Shown here: positions 1 through 10,801 of the stretch, piece after piece | Layout: every line of letters begins with the position of its first letter | Numbering within the stretch: the stretch's first letter is position 1 | DNA from: an uncultured delta proteobacterium | GTDB taxonomy: Bacteria; Desulfobacterota; Desulfobacteria; Desulfobacterales; JAFDCJ01 | Direction: 5' to 3' | DNA length: 64,000 nt | Assembly (NCBI GenBank): GCA_963769935.1 | Contig: CAVYNY010000035.1 | Location: 32,001 to 96,000 of the forward strand | Notes under the pieces: generated by a model | Seen by the model: the letters and a program-made list of their open reading frames with translations, nothing else | Database searches by the model: none | What the model was told of the DNA's origin: nothing | Position numbers and translations under genes: made by a program

Positions 1-458
1 TGAGAGGGGCCCGTAACGCCCCGCTTCAGTTGGAGGCCGAAAAGGGTCCCCAGCAGAATAAGTCCGATAAAAACATGCAGACCGTGAAAGCCCGTAAGGG
101 TAAAAAACGTCGTGCCGAACAGGTCCCGGCTGATGGTCACGTCTTCCCTGATGAGGGAGGCGTACTCGCTGCCCTGCCCCGCTAAAAATGTAATCCCCAG
201 TGCCAATGTGGCCAGAAGCCACGCGAGCGCCGGCCTTCGCCTGCCGGTCCTGAAGTGAATGCCGGCCTGCCGCATGGTGAAGCTGCTGAGGATGAGGCAT
301 GCGGTGAACACCGCGGTTCTCGGAATATCCAGGTAACGGGACGGGTCGGCGGCGCTGGGCGAGGTCGCGTGATAGACCACGTAAGCGACGATCAGCGGTA
401 TAAAGAAAAACGCTTCCGAAGCCACAAAAAGCAGCATTGCCAGTCTGTTTTTGTTCAT
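1..458 (-). CDS. ctaE: Cytochrome c oxidase subunit III (5' part; runs off the left edge)
   Basis: Manual translation from ATG at 458 gives MNKNRLAMLLFVASEAFFFIPLIVAYVVY...FTACLILSSFTM...LGIIFLAGQGSEY...FGTTFFTLTGFHGLHV. The start overlaps the subunit I stop (ATGA). Missing from the ORF track because it has no stop in the window. Confidence 0.9.
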   Translation of the reverse strand, partial: MNKNRLAMLLFVASEAFFFIPLIVAYVVYHATSPSAADPSRYLDIPRTAVFTACLILSSFTMRQAGIHFRTGRRRPALAWLLATLALGITFLAGQGSEYASLIREDVTISRDLFGTTFFTLTGFHGLHVFIGLILLGTLFGLQLKRGVTGPS

Positions 459-2152
459 GCGCTGTCCCCCCTGTGAGAAGGCGGCGCGGCAGCGGCCGGC
501 TGCTTTTCGGATCGCTGAAGATCCCATAACGGCCGGATGCTGCGAACCGGCGGAATCCGGTCGAAATTGTGAGGCGGAGGCGGAGAGGATGTGGCCCATT
601 CCAGGGTCCAGCCACCCCAGGGGTTGTCCGCGGCCGGTTTCCCTTTGAAAAGGCTGATGAGCAGATTAGCGAAAAAGACAAAGACTCCCAGCCCCAGGAC
701 GTAAGAAGAAAGAGAGGATATCAGGTTGATGGTGGCGAGATGCGGCAAATCGGGGTACGTAAAGACCCTGCGCGGCATACCGGCGAGGCCGGCAAAGTGC
801 AGAATGAAAAAAGTGCCGTTGAAGCCGATCACCATGAGCCAGAATTGTATCTTGCCCAGCTTTTCCGACAGCATGCGGCCGGTGATTTTCGGGTACCAGT
901 AATAAAATCCGGCCATCACGGTGAAAAGCGTGCCTCCCAGCAGGGTGTAGTGAAAATGGGCCACCACGAAATAGCTGTGGGTAAGCGACCAGTCGACGGG
1001 CACTGTGGCGAAAGCCACTCCGCTCAGGCCGCCGATCGTGAACTGTATGATGAAGGCAACGGCGAACAGCATCGCCGTATCGAAGCTGATGGAGCCGCCC
1101 CACATGGTGGCGATCCAGTTGAAGATTTTGATCCCGGTGGGGACGGCGATCAGCACGGTTGAAAGCGCGAAGACGTAATAGACCGTAAAGTTCATTCCCG
1201 TGGCCAACATGTGATGCGCCCAGACGCCGAAGCTGAGAAAACCGATCGCCACCGTTGCGACGGCCATAAAGGCGTAGCCGAAGATCGGTTTGCGGGAGAA
1301 AACCGGAATGATCTCGGATACCATTCCGAAACCGGGCAGGATCAGAATATAAACCTCGGGGTGGCCGAAAAACCAGAAAGTGTGCTCCCAGAGCAGGGGT
1401 TTGCCGCCGGCCGCAGGGTTGAAGAAGAGTGCGTTCAGGTGCCGGTCCATGAACAGCATCACCAGCGCGGCGTTCAGCGCAGGCAGGGCCAGGAGCATGA
1501 GAACGGCGTTGATCGAGGACATCCAGACGAACAGCGGGAGCTGGGTCAGTTTCATATCGGGGGCGCGCAGGTCGGCGACGGTCACGAGGATGTTGATTGC
1601 CGTCATAATCGTCCCGGCCCCGGTCAGGAGAAGACCGACGATCCAGTAATCCACGCCGGTGCCGACCATATACTTGTCCATCGAATAATTGACCGAGGTC
1701 AACGGCGCATAGGCGGACCAGCCCATATGGAGGGTGTCTCCCGCAAAAAAGCTGAAATATATCAGGAGTCCGCCCATCAGGTACAGCCAGTAAGCGAGAG
1801 CGTTCAGCCTCGGGAACGAGACGTCGCGCGCCCCGATCATCAGGGGCGTGAAATAGACCATGAACCCGGTGAGCATGGGCATGATCGCAAGAAATACCAT
1901 CGTCGTGCCGTGCATCGTGAAAACCTGGTTGTAGGTCTCGGGGGACAGCCAGTGATGGTTCGGTTTGATAAGCTGGGTGCGCATGATCATCGCCAGGGAT
2001 ACCGCCGCCAGGAAGAACATCAGCGATGTCGCGATATACATGATCCCAATCTGCTTATGGTCCACGGAGGAGAGCCAGCTCAGCAGGCCTTTGTATTCCC
2101 CGACCTCCAGGATGCTCCCCGGTTTTTTTGAAGTACTGATTTCGCTGTTCAT
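455..2152 (-). CDS. ctaD: Heme-copper cytochrome c oxidase subunit I, A1 type
   Basis: Motifs DHKQIG, FTMHG, WFFGHPEVY (A1 motif), VWAHH, HFHY and GMPRR. Confidence 0.97.
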   Translation of the reverse strand: MNSEISTSKKPGSILEVGEYKGLLSWLSSVDHKQIGIMYIATSLMFFLAAVSLAMIMRTQLIKPNHHWLSPETYNQVFTMHGTTMVFLAIMPMLTGFMVYFTPLMIGARDVSFPRLNALAYWLYLMGGLLIYFSFFAGDTLHMGWSAYAPLTSVNYSMDKYMVGTGVDYWIVGLLLTGAGTIMTAINILVTVADLRAPDMKLTQLPLFVWMSSINAVLMLLALPALNAALVMLFMDRHLNALFFNPAAGGKPLLWEHTFWFFGHPEVYILILPGFGMVSEIIPVFSRKPIFGYAFMAVATVAIGFLSFGVWAHHMLATGMNFTVYYVFALSTVLIAVPTGIKIFNWIATMWGGSISFDTAMLFAVAFIIQFTIGGLSGVAFATVPVDWSLTHSYFVVAHFHYTLLGGTLFTVMAGFYYWYPKITGRMLSEKLGKIQFWLMVIGFNGTFFILHFAGLAGMPRRVFTYPDLPHLATINLISSLSSYVLGLGVFVFFANLLISLFKGKPAADNPWGGWTLEWATSSPPPPHNFDRIPPVRSIRPLWDLQRSEKQPAAAAPPSHRGDSA

Positions 2153-3081
2153 TTCAATCCTTCAAGATAGTCGGTCAGATACTTTATCTGATCGGCGTTA
2201 AGGCCGATGTCGGGCATGAGAACGCCCTTTTTCACGGACTGGGGGTCCTTTAGCCATCTGGCCAGGTTCTCCGGCGTGTTGGGAAGCGTGCCCGCCGCCA
2301 GGGTTGTCCGGCTCCCCACATGAGTCAGGTCCGGAGCCACGCGGCCCCTGGTCATGAGCCCGGCAATGGAGTGGCAGTTAATGCAGTTTTTTTCCCTGAA
2401 GACCTCGGCGCCGTTCGCTGCCCCAACCGCTGAGGGGGGCGCAGCCGGCTGCCGCTGGTGTGCGAGCCATGCGCTAAAATCCTCGGGGGACTGCGCGAAG
2501 ACCCGGATTCCCATGAGGGCATGTCCCATGCCGCAAAAAGAGTTGCAGGTGCCCAGGTAAAGACCCGGGCGCGTGATGGTCAGCCACATATGGTTGGGAT
2601 GGCCGGGTATGACATCGATCTTCTGCCCGAATGAGGGGACCCAGAAACCATGGATGACGTCTGCGGATTCGAACCTGAGGAGCAGGTGTTTGCCCACGGG
2701 CAGGTGAATCTCATTGGCCGCCGTTACCCCTGACTGAGGATAGTGCAGTTCCCACCACCACTGGTGCGCCACTACGGTCAGGTCGGGCTTATTGCCGAGC
2801 ACCGGCGGATTCACCAGAAACATGATCCTGACAGCGACGATAAAGAGCCCGGTGACGATGAGAAGGGGAATGGCTATCCACAGGACTTCCAGCCAGACGT
2901 TCTCGCTGAACTGCTTCGGCTCCCGTCCTTTCCGCCGGCGGAATCTGATCAAGGCGTACACCACCAGCCCGGCGACAATAACAAAGATAACGGCGGCGAC
3001 GCCGAGCACGATATAAAAAGAGCTGAGAATCTCGGAGGCTTCCTTCGTTACCGGCTGCAAAACAGATGTAAAAGCATCCAC
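2149..3081 (-). CDS. ctaC: Cytochrome c oxidase subunit II with C-terminal cytochrome c domain (caa3 type)
   Basis: Two TM helices, HQWWW, CuA ligands DVIHGFW...CNSFCGMGHALM, then heme motif CINCH and a distal Met (VLMP). GTG start. Confidence 0.95.
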   Translation of the reverse strand: MDAFTSVLQPVTKEASEILSSFYIVLGVAAVIFVIVAGLVVYALIRFRRRKGREPKQFSENVWLEVLWIAIPLLIVTGLFIVAVRIMFLVNPPVLGNKPDLTVVAHQWWWELHYPQSGVTAANEIHLPVGKHLLLRFESADVIHGFWVPSFGQKIDVIPGHPNHMWLTITRPGLYLGTCNSFCGMGHALMGIRVFAQSPEDFSAWLAHQRQPAAPPSAVGAANGAEVFREKNCINCHSIAGLMTRGRVAPDLTHVGSRTTLAAGTLPNTPENLARWLKDPQSVKKGVLMPDIGLNADQIKYLTDYLEGLK

Positions 3082-3282
3082 TTTTTATCGCCTCTTATAC
3101 AGGTGATAAGGTGAGGTGATACGAATTTGCTTTCAAGCGTTAAAAAAAAGAAAAAATTAATGTTGTGTTCCGCGGCAAGCTGGATACCCATAAATAGCAC
3201 GGCCACATATACACATCAAGCCTTCGAAAAATATATGGGGTGAATAATGTATTTTTATATGAAAAATAACTTACAGGGCTTC

Positions 3283-5058
3283 TCAGATGGTGCAGGATAC
3301 GGCGGGCGACGGCGGAAAGGCAATGGCCAGGATATCATCTTTGCCGATGACGCCTAAAATTTGCTGCGGCCGGTCCGGGTCGACCACCGGCAGCAACACC
3401 ATGCGGTTTTCCTCCATTTTTTCCAGCACGGCATGCAGCGTATCTTCCGGATGGGAGACGACCGGATTCTTGGAGGCCACATCGCCGACCGTCAATTGAT
3501 TGCGACGGTCCGCCGGGGTTCGGACAAAATCACGCAGGGTAACCCACCCCACCAGCTGCCCTTGTTTTTCCACCGGATAGCCCTCAAGGCCGTACTTTGC
3601 GGCCAGCGCCTCCAGTGAAGCCAGCGGTGCGTCAAAGGCCGCCGGGATGATTTCCCGGTTCATGATTTGTTCGACTTTGATGAAGTCCAGGTTAAAAAAT
3701 TTGCCCATCCTCAAATCGATGCCCCGTTTTTCTAGTTTGAGGGTATAGATGGAAGCACCCCGCAGAAAAAGCCAAGACACCAGAAAGCTGCTGACCGAGC
3801 AGGCCATGATGGGGGGCAGCAGGCCGAAATCGCCGGTCATCTCCGGAATCATGATCATTATATTCAGCGGCGCCTGGGTGGCTCCGGCAAAAAGCGCTGC
3901 CATGCCGGCCAGAGCGTATTTGACCGGCTGTTGAACAAGCACCGGGAAAACCCATTGCAGCATCAGGCCGGCGGATGCTCCCAGCATACCGCCGATATAA
4001 AGCGTCGGTGCGAATATTCCGCCGCTGCCGCCCGAACCGATGGTAACCGCCGTGGCGATCATCTTCACCGCCCCCAGCAGGACGAGCAGTCCGAGGCCGA
4101 TTTTTCCGGCCAGGGCCAGATTCAGCCCGTGATAGCCGACCCCTTCGATACCGTAGTGCGGCAGCAGCACGATCAAAAGACCGGTGATCAGCCCTCCCAA
4201 AGCCGGTTTCAGGGTTGAACGCAGCTTCAGTCTGGCAAAGTAGTTGTCCACGGCATAAAAAAATTTGACCCACAACACGGAAACGAGGCCGAAGATGACC
4301 CCCAGCAGGAGGTAGAAAATCAAATCCCGGGGGACCCAGGCCGATAAGCCGACTGCCTGGAAATTGGAACTTTTCCCCAAAAACAAAGCGGCAAAAGCGG
4401 CCCCGATCACCGAAGACAACATCACCGGTACGGCCCGGATCAAATCGATGCCGCGCAGCAGGATCTCGATGCCGAACAGCGCCCCGCCCAAGGGAGCGTT
4501 GTAGGTGCCGGCGATTCCGGCGGCCAGCCCGCAGACAACCAGCAGCCGCACATCATGGGGCGGCAGCTTGAAGCAGCCGCCGAGAAATGAGCCGATGGTC
4601 GCACCGATCTGGGAGATAGGGCCTTCCCGGCCGGCACTGCCGCCCGATCCGATGGTTACCGATGAAGCCAGAATTTTAAAGACGGCCGTTCGCTTCCTGA
4701 GACGGCCTTTGCGCAAGGCTACCGCCTCCATGGTTTCCGGAATCCCGGCGCCGGCGGTTTCCGGTGCGATGCGCATGGTAATGGGGCCGATCAGAAGTCC
4801 GCCCAGCGCCGGCAATAGAAGCATGGCCGGCTCATAGCCGCTCCATTCGAAAAAAGATATGTGAGGAAGCGCCAGATGGAAAAACAGGCGGTGAATCGCC
4901 GCTACGATAAGGCGAAAAACGACGGCCCCCAGCCCGCCGGCCAAACCGACCAGACTGCTGAGGGCATACAGAGACAACCATTTCTCGGTCGGCGCTGAAA
5001 GCCCGTTATTCCACAATTTCATCAGCCCAGGCCTTTCCTCAGTTTCATTCTCGACCAA
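3283..5058 (-). CDS. ClC-family chloride channel / Cl-/H+ exchanger with C-terminal CBS pair
   Basis: GAGIPE, GGSAGREGP, GGIFAPTLY and SIYT motifs; C-terminal CBS-like repeats. Confidence 0.92.
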   Translation of the reverse strand: MVENETEERPGLMKLWNNGLSAPTEKWLSLYALSSLVGLAGGLGAVVFRLIVAAIHRLFFHLALPHISFFEWSGYEPAMLLLPALGGLLIGPITMRIAPETAGAGIPETMEAVALRKGRLRKRTAVFKILASSVTIGSGGSAGREGPISQIGATIGSFLGGCFKLPPHDVRLLVVCGLAAGIAGTYNAPLGGALFGIEILLRGIDLIRAVPVMLSSVIGAAFAALFLGKSSNFQAVGLSAWVPRDLIFYLLLGVIFGLVSVLWVKFFYAVDNYFARLKLRSTLKPALGGLITGLLIVLLPHYGIEGVGYHGLNLALAGKIGLGLLVLLGAVKMIATAVTIGSGGSGGIFAPTLYIGGMLGASAGLMLQWVFPVLVQQPVKYALAGMAALFAGATQAPLNIMIMIPEMTGDFGLLPPIMACSVSSFLVSWLFLRGASIYTLKLEKRGIDLRMGKFFNLDFIKVEQIMNREIIPAAFDAPLASLEALAAKYGLEGYPVEKQGQLVGWVTLRDFVRTPADRRNQLTVGDVASKNPVVSHPEDTLHAVLEKMEENRMVLLPVVDPDRPQQILGVIGKDDILAIAFPPSPAVSCTI

Positions 5059-5125
5059 ACCGGTCGTTCCTCAGCCGGAAGAGATGCATCGGCGTATAAA
5101 ATGGGAAGTTATTTTTGAGTGAGCC

Positions 5126-5743
5126 CTAAGCTTCCAGGCCGAAATCAGCCAGCGCAGCGCGCGTCGATTCATAATCGATGTGGTGGATGCCCTTAATACC
5201 CATTGCGCCGGCGACCTGGACGAACATCAACCGGTCATCTATATAGACCACATTTTCAGCCGGCACCTGGGCGCAATCCAGTGCCAAGCGATACATGTCC
5301 TCATCCGGCTTGCGCAGATGTACGAAACAGGAGCAGATGAAAAAATCGATGAGGCGATTCAATTTGTAAGAGCCGACGCGGTGAATCGTCAACTCGCGGC
5401 CTTCATTGCTCACCGCTGCGATTTTGAGACCGTACTTCTTTTTAAGCGTCGACAGCAGCGCAATCATTTCCGGCATGGGTTCGGATTGCGCCAGCATAAA
5501 ATCCCGAAAGTCGTCCCGCGAAAATGACCGCCGGCGGTAGAACACCACCCGGCTCAAATATTGATTCAGGTTCAATTTGCCCTCTTCATAGGTATCAAAG
5601 GTCAAATGGTGGCGCTCATTCATTTCCTCATAGTCCAGGTCAAATTTCCGGGCCGCCCGCTGCCGCATCATGCGGTCCCAGCCGTTTGTCAGCAGAACGC
5701 CGCCAATATCCAAAAATAGCGCGATGATTTTTTCATTTTCCAT
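5126..5743 (-). CDS. HAD-superfamily phosphatase (subfamily IA)
   Basis: FLDIGGVL motif I, VSN motif II, RKPD and YIDD motifs III/IV. Confidence 0.9.
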   Translation of the reverse strand: MENEKIIALFLDIGGVLLTNGWDRMMRQRAARKFDLDYEEMNERHHLTFDTYEEGKLNLNQYLSRVVFYRRRSFSRDDFRDFMLAQSEPMPEMIALLSTLKKKYGLKIAAVSNEGRELTIHRVGSYKLNRLIDFFICSCFVHLRKPDEDMYRLALDCAQVPAENVVYIDDRLMFVQVAGAMGIKGIHHIDYESTRAALADFGLEA

Positions 5744-5903
5744 ATCAAATTTTCCTTATCCGGCCGGCAGCCTAATTTGACTGCTGCCCGTCAAGGATCA
5801 CTTTTACCGGATTTTCCGCCGGGACGGCATTCCAGGAGAGCAGGCGGTCCCTTAAAAACGGTCCGTAACGTGGCCGGATCTCCCGATCCAATTGATGGAT
5901 GTT

Positions 5904-7334
5904 TTAAACGATCATATTGCGGATTATCTCAAGCAGCGGTGACGGCAGCAGGCCGAAGCCGACAAGCATTGCCGTTAGCCCGGCGAGCGATAACGTTCCG
6001 GCCAGCGGCAGCGCCGCGGTTGGGGCGGCAGTCTGGGGCTGAGGGGCAAAAATTGCAACCACCACGCGCAGGTAATAAAACAGCCCGATGCCGCTGGTCA
6101 GCACCAGCACGACGACCAGCAGCCAGAGAGAGGCGCTCACACCGGCCGCCACCAGGTAAAATTTACCGATAAATCCGACGGTCAGCGGGATGCCCGCCAG
6201 GGACAGCAGCATGGCCGTGAATGTTCCCCCGAGCCAGGGCCGGCGCCAGAACAATCCCCGGTAGTCGTCAATGTGTTCGGCTTCCCGCTGCGGGCCGGAC
6301 AGCACAGTGATCACACCGAAAGCACCCAGCGTCATCACGAAGTAGGCAATCAAATAAAAGGTTACCGCCGCCGGACCCATGGAACCCCCGACCAAAAAGG
6401 CGACCAGCAGATAGCCCAGGTGCGCAATGGAGGAATAAGCCAGCAGACGTTTGACATTGTTTTGCAGCAGCGCCAGGAGGTTGCCGAAAATCATCGAGGC
6501 GACGGCGATAACGGTAAATACCGCAAACATTGACCCAAGGGCGGCAATATCAACCTGGCCGAAAAGGCGGACAATCAAGCCGACCAGACTGCCTTTGGAA
6601 ACGGTGGCGACAAAAGCGGTGACCGGGACCGGAGCTCCCTGGTAGACATCGGGCGTCCAGAGGTGAAACGGCACCACCGCCAGTTTGAAGCCGATCCCGA
6701 CGAGCAGCATGATCAAACCGGTGCTGACGAGCAGGCTGCGGCCCTCGGCCGGTATGCTGTAGATAAAGGCCGCCGGGCGGGTCAGCTCCATGGTTCCCAG
6801 AGCGGTATAAATCAACGCTATGCCGAAAACCAGAAAAGCAGCCGAGGTGGCGGCCAATATCAGGTACTTTAGAGCCGCTTCGATACCGATGGCTTTCAGG
6901 CGCGGATAGGCGATGAGTGCATAAAGCGAAATGCTGAGAATTTCCAGCCCCAGAAAAAAGGAGGCGAAATGACGGCTGGCCACGATCACGGCCGAGCCCA
7001 GGACCGCTAAAAGCATCAAAATATAATACTCTTCGCGCTGGCCCTCATAGGACAGCAGGTATCCATAGGACAGCAGAACCACGGCAAAACCGGCCGCGAC
7101 GAGCAGTCCGATGTAAAAGCGGGCAAAGCCGTCCATGATCAGAAGCATGGTAACCTGGCCGGTTCCCGGAGATGAGGTGAGCGGCAGGGAGATGAAAGCC
7201 CCCGCCAGTCCGATGCCGGTCAGCACCGCCGTGACCGAATGGCTGCGATAGACGGCGATCACCAGCATTACCACGATCGGCGTTGCCGCCAAAATCAACA
7301 GCGGCATCAGGGGAATCAGGTCGGCCAAGCTCAT
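5904..7334 (-). CDS. nuoN: NADH:quinone oxidoreductase subunit N
   Basis: EAALKY, GFKLAVVPFHLWTPDVYQGAP, KRLLAYSSIAH. ATG at 7334 overlaps the nuoM stop. Confidence 0.95.
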   Translation of the reverse strand: MSLADLIPLMPLLILAATPIVVMLVIAVYRSHSVTAVLTGIGLAGAFISLPLTSSPGTGQVTMLLIMDGFARFYIGLLVAAGFAVVLLSYGYLLSYEGQREEYYILMLLAVLGSAVIVASRHFASFFLGLEILSISLYALIAYPRLKAIGIEAALKYLILAATSAAFLVFGIALIYTALGTMELTRPAAFIYSIPAEGRSLLVSTGLIMLLVGIGFKLAVVPFHLWTPDVYQGAPVPVTAFVATVSKGSLVGLIVRLFGQVDIAALGSMFAVFTVIAVASMIFGNLLALLQNNVKRLLAYSSIAHLGYLLVAFLVGGSMGPAAVTFYLIAYFVMTLGAFGVITVLSGPQREAEHIDDYRGLFWRRPWLGGTFTAMLLSLAGIPLTVGFIGKFYLVAAGVSASLWLLVVVLVLTSGIGLFYYLRVVVAIFAPQPQTAAPTAALPLAGTLSLAGLTAMLVGFGLLPSPLLEIIRNMIV

Positions 7335-8911
7335 GGGTTGCCTCCCTTCGGCCAAACGGATTGAGCCGCCAGGCGCCTGCCCGTCTCAGATAAAACGACT
7401 GCTTGTTCCGGCGGCCGGACGGCAATCTGCCGGCGGACTGCCGTCTGCTCCAGATGATGAAGTGCGGGGGTGATGGTTTTAAATACCGGCTGCGGGTAAA
7501 GTCCCAACCAGAGAATGGCCGCGATCATGGCACCCATCACAGCGGCCTCCCGGCCCGAAAGATCGGGAAGTTTCCAGCCCTCTTTGTCCGGACCATGGAA
7601 GGCAGCCTGGATCATCCACAGCGCATAGACGGTGGCGCTGACAAGCCCTACAGTGGCGAGGACCGCCGCGGCGACGCTGTCGCGATAGGTACCGAACAGG
7701 ATGAGGATTTCGCTCACAAAATTACCCAAACCGGGCAGCCCCAGCGATGCCAGTGCAAAAATCATGGCGACCCCGGCCAGGCGCGGCACGGCAGACCCCA
7801 GGCCCCCCATGCGGCGCATATCGCGGGTGTGGATGCGCTCCTGGATGGCTCCCACCAGAATAAAGAGCGCACCGGTGCTGATTCCGTGACAGAGGATCTG
7901 CAGTACCACCCCCTGCAGGGCCAACTCGTTCCAGACGAATACACCGAGCAGCACAAATCCCATGTGGCTGACGCTCGTGTAGGCCACCAGCCGCTTGAGG
8001 TCGGTTTGAGAAAACGCCAGCAGTGCGCCGTAAAGAATCCCGAGGATCGCCAGCACCATCGCCACCGGTGTAAAGTCCAAAGCCGCCTGGGGAAACAGGG
8101 GCACGACAAAGCGCAGCAGCCCGTAGGCTCCGGTTTTCAACAGCAAGCCGGCGAGGATAACGCTTCCCGGGGTGGGCGCCTCGGTGTGGGCATCGGGCAG
8201 CCAGGTATGCACCGGCACGGCCGGCAGCTTGACCAGGAAGGCGACCAGAAAACCCAGCATCAGCCACATCGCGGTGGTATCCGACATGGCGGTTCCCAAC
8301 AGCCGGCTATAGTCGAAGGTGTAAACCCCGGTATTTTGTCCATGCACAAAATACAGCCCGATGATGGCCAACAACATCAGCAGACCGCTGATCTGGGTAA
8401 ACAGGAAAAATTTGACGGCGGCATAAATCCGGTTCTCATGACCCCAGACGGCAATGATAAAGTACATGGGCACCAGCATCATTTCCCAGAAGAAATAAAA
8501 TAAAAACAGGTCCAGGGCCAGAAACACCCCCGTAATACCGGCCAACACCCACATCAGGTTGAAGTAAAAAAATCCGACCTGCTCTTTTATTTCCGTCCAG
8601 GCGGACCCCACCGCGGTCATTCCCAAAAAAGCCGTGAGCAATACGAGCACCAGGCTCAAGCCATCGACGGCCAGATGAAAACTGATGCCCAGTTGAGGAA
8701 TCCAGGCTATATTTATCTCGGCCAGCCATGGACCGCCGGGTGTGATCGTCAGCCGATCGGCATACCGCGTCAGCAAGGTGAGGGCCAGGATCAGCTCGAT
8801 CGCCAGGCCGCTCAGCGATATCCAGCGCGGCCAGCCGGGATGCCGGCGACCCATCAGCCAGGCCAGCAGTCCGGCGGCTGTCGGAACTACAATAAGCCAT
8901 ACCAGTATCAT
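7331..8911 (-). CDS. nuoM: NADH:quinone oxidoreductase subunit M
   Basis: FFWEMMLVPMY, VKLPAVPVHTWLPDAHTEAPT, KRLVAYTSVSHMG. Confidence 0.95.
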   Translation of the reverse strand: MILVWLIVVPTAAGLLAWLMGRRHPGWPRWISLSGLAIELILALTLLTRYADRLTITPGGPWLAEINIAWIPQLGISFHLAVDGLSLVLVLLTAFLGMTAVGSAWTEIKEQVGFFYFNLMWVLAGITGVFLALDLFLFYFFWEMMLVPMYFIIAVWGHENRIYAAVKFFLFTQISGLLMLLAIIGLYFVHGQNTGVYTFDYSRLLGTAMSDTTAMWLMLGFLVAFLVKLPAVPVHTWLPDAHTEAPTPGSVILAGLLLKTGAYGLLRFVVPLFPQAALDFTPVAMVLAILGILYGALLAFSQTDLKRLVAYTSVSHMGFVLLGVFVWNELALQGVVLQILCHGISTGALFILVGAIQERIHTRDMRRMGGLGSAVPRLAGVAMIFALASLGLPGLGNFVSEILILFGTYRDSVAAAVLATVGLVSATVYALWMIQAAFHGPDKEGWKLPDLSGREAAVMGAMIAAILWLGLYPQPVFKTITPALHHLEQTAVRRQIAVRPPEQAVVLSETGRRLAAQSVWPKGGNP

Positions 8912-10800
8912 AAAAACACCACCATTCCGATGAAGACCGCGGCACCGGCCGCCATACCGGCGGCATACCAGCGAACATGCCCGGTCTGGGAAAAGCTCAG
9001 GGCGCGGTAGCCCATCCGAGTGAACCAGGCGGCCCCGTCGCAGAAAAGATCCACGACATCATCCTTGTCGATCCGGGCCAGCCGGACATAGGGTCGGACC
9101 AGAAGAAGGTCGTAGAGCCGGTCAAAGCGCCAGCCGGCAAACCAGAAACGATGCAGCATTCCGCCGACGGTAGAAGCGACAAGATTTTCGGTCAGCCGGC
9201 GATAGCGCTTGGTAAACAGATAGATGATAAAGATGCCCAACAGAGAAACGATACCGGATACAACGGCAAAGGGACCCTCGTAACCGGCCTTGGCCGGCAG
9301 TATTGAAACCGTCGGCAGGGCGCTGTGCAAAAAATCCGAGAAAAGCGGCCGGTTGCCCAGAATTTCGGGCAAATTGATAAAACCGGCTGCCAGCGAGAGC
9401 ACGGCCAACACGACCAGCGGCAGATTTATCCGTACCCCCGGCCGGTGGTCCACCTGGGCGTGGGGCGGGCCGAAAAAGGTTATAAACACCATGCGAAACG
9501 TGTACATGGAAGTCAGAAGGGCCCCGACCAGCCCGGCCATCCACAGCCATGCGCTGCCCTGGGCGGAGGCGTAGGACTGCCAGATAATCAGGTCTTTGCT
9601 GTAAAAGCCGGCGGTGATCAGCGGCACCGCGGACAGGGCCCCGGCGCCCGCCAGAAAGGTCCAGAAGGTGACCGGCAGCTGCCGGCGCAGACCGCCCATC
9701 TTGAACATGTTGTGCTCATGGTCGAGCACGAGGATGATCGAGCCGGCCCCTAAGAACAGAAGCGCCTTGAAAAAGGCATGGATCATGAAATGAAAGATGC
9801 CGGCCGTCCAGGCCCCGACGCCCAGGGCCAAAAACATGTAGCCGATCTGGCTGATGGTGGAGTAGGCCAGGACGCGTTTGATATCCCACTGGGTGAGGCC
9901 GCTGAAGCCGGCTATCAGCAGGGTAGCCGCGCCCACGATCGCCACGACCGTCATCACAGCCGGTGCCAGGGTAAACAGCACGTGGGTGCGGGCGATCAGA
10001 TACACACCGGCCGTCACCATGGTGGCCGCATGGATCAAGGCACTTACCGGGGTGGGACCCGCCATGGCGTCGGGCAGCCAGGTCTGAAGCGGCAGTTGGG
10101 CGGATTTGCCGACGGCCCCTCCCAGCAGAAGCAGCGCGGCCACCGTGGGCAGGGCTGAACCGGCCGGCCAGACCTGGGCGGCCCGTGTCATGAGATCCTG
10201 GATTTGGAGGGTATCTAAATGGGTGAAAAGCAAATACAGGCCGACGGCCATGGCCGCGTCCCCCACGCGGGTGACAACGAAAGCCTTGCGGGCCGCATAC
10301 CCGTTGGCCGGCTCAGTATACCAGAAACCGATAAGCAGATAGCTGCACAGACCCACGCCCTCCCAGCCCAGATACAGCAGCAGCAGGTTGTCGGCCAGTA
10401 CCAGCGTCAGCATCGAACCGACAAACAGGTTCATATAGGCAAAAAAACGGCTGTAGCCCTCATCATCGATCATAAATTCGGTGGAGTATAAATGGATCAG
10501 AAAACCGACGAAGGTGATCACAAAGATCATCACCAGGGAAAGGGCATCCAGATAGAAAGCGATGGCCGGCGAAAAGGAGCCGACGCTCAGCCAGATCCAG
10601 ATTGTTTGCGAATACACATGGTGGGGCGGCGGTGCACCCAGAAATTCGATCGCCACCAATACCATCACGACCGCCGACAACCCCACCGATCCGGCGCCGA
10701 CAACTGCCGCCGCCGGCCGCGAGAGCCGCCCGCCGGTTAGCGCCAGCACAACGAATCCGGCAAAGGGCAGCGCCGGTATTAACCAGAGCAATCCAAGCAT
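8908..10800 (-). CDS. nuoL: NADH:quinone oxidoreductase subunit L
   Basis: GWEGVGLCSYLLIGFW, GKSAQLPLQTWLPDAMAGPTPVSALIHAATMV, HAFFKALLFL. ATG at 10800 lies next to the nuoK stop. Confidence 0.95.
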   Translation of the reverse strand: MLGLLWLIPALPFAGFVVLALTGGRLSRPAAAVVGAGSVGLSAVVMVLVAIEFLGAPPPHHVYSQTIWIWLSVGSFSPAIAFYLDALSLVMIFVITFVGFLIHLYSTEFMIDDEGYSRFFAYMNLFVGSMLTLVLADNLLLLYLGWEGVGLCSYLLIGFWYTEPANGYAARKAFVVTRVGDAAMAVGLYLLFTHLDTLQIQDLMTRAAQVWPAGSALPTVAALLLLGGAVGKSAQLPLQTWLPDAMAGPTPVSALIHAATMVTAGVYLIARTHVLFTLAPAVMTVVAIVGAATLLIAGFSGLTQWDIKRVLAYSTISQIGYMFLALGVGAWTAGIFHFMIHAFFKALLFLGAGSIILVLDHEHNMFKMGGLRRQLPVTFWTFLAGAGALSAVPLITAGFYSKDLIIWQSYASAQGSAWLWMAGLVGALLTSMYTFRMVFITFFGPPHAQVDHRPGVRINLPLVVLAVLSLAAGFINLPEILGNRPLFSDFLHSALPTVSILPAKAGYEGPFAVVSGIVSLLGIFIIYLFTKRYRRLTENLVASTVGGMLHRFWFAGWRFDRLYDLLLVRPYVRLARIDKDDVVDLFCDGAAWFTRMGYRALSFSQTGHVRWYAAGMAAGAAVFIGMVVFL

Positions 10801-10801
10801 A

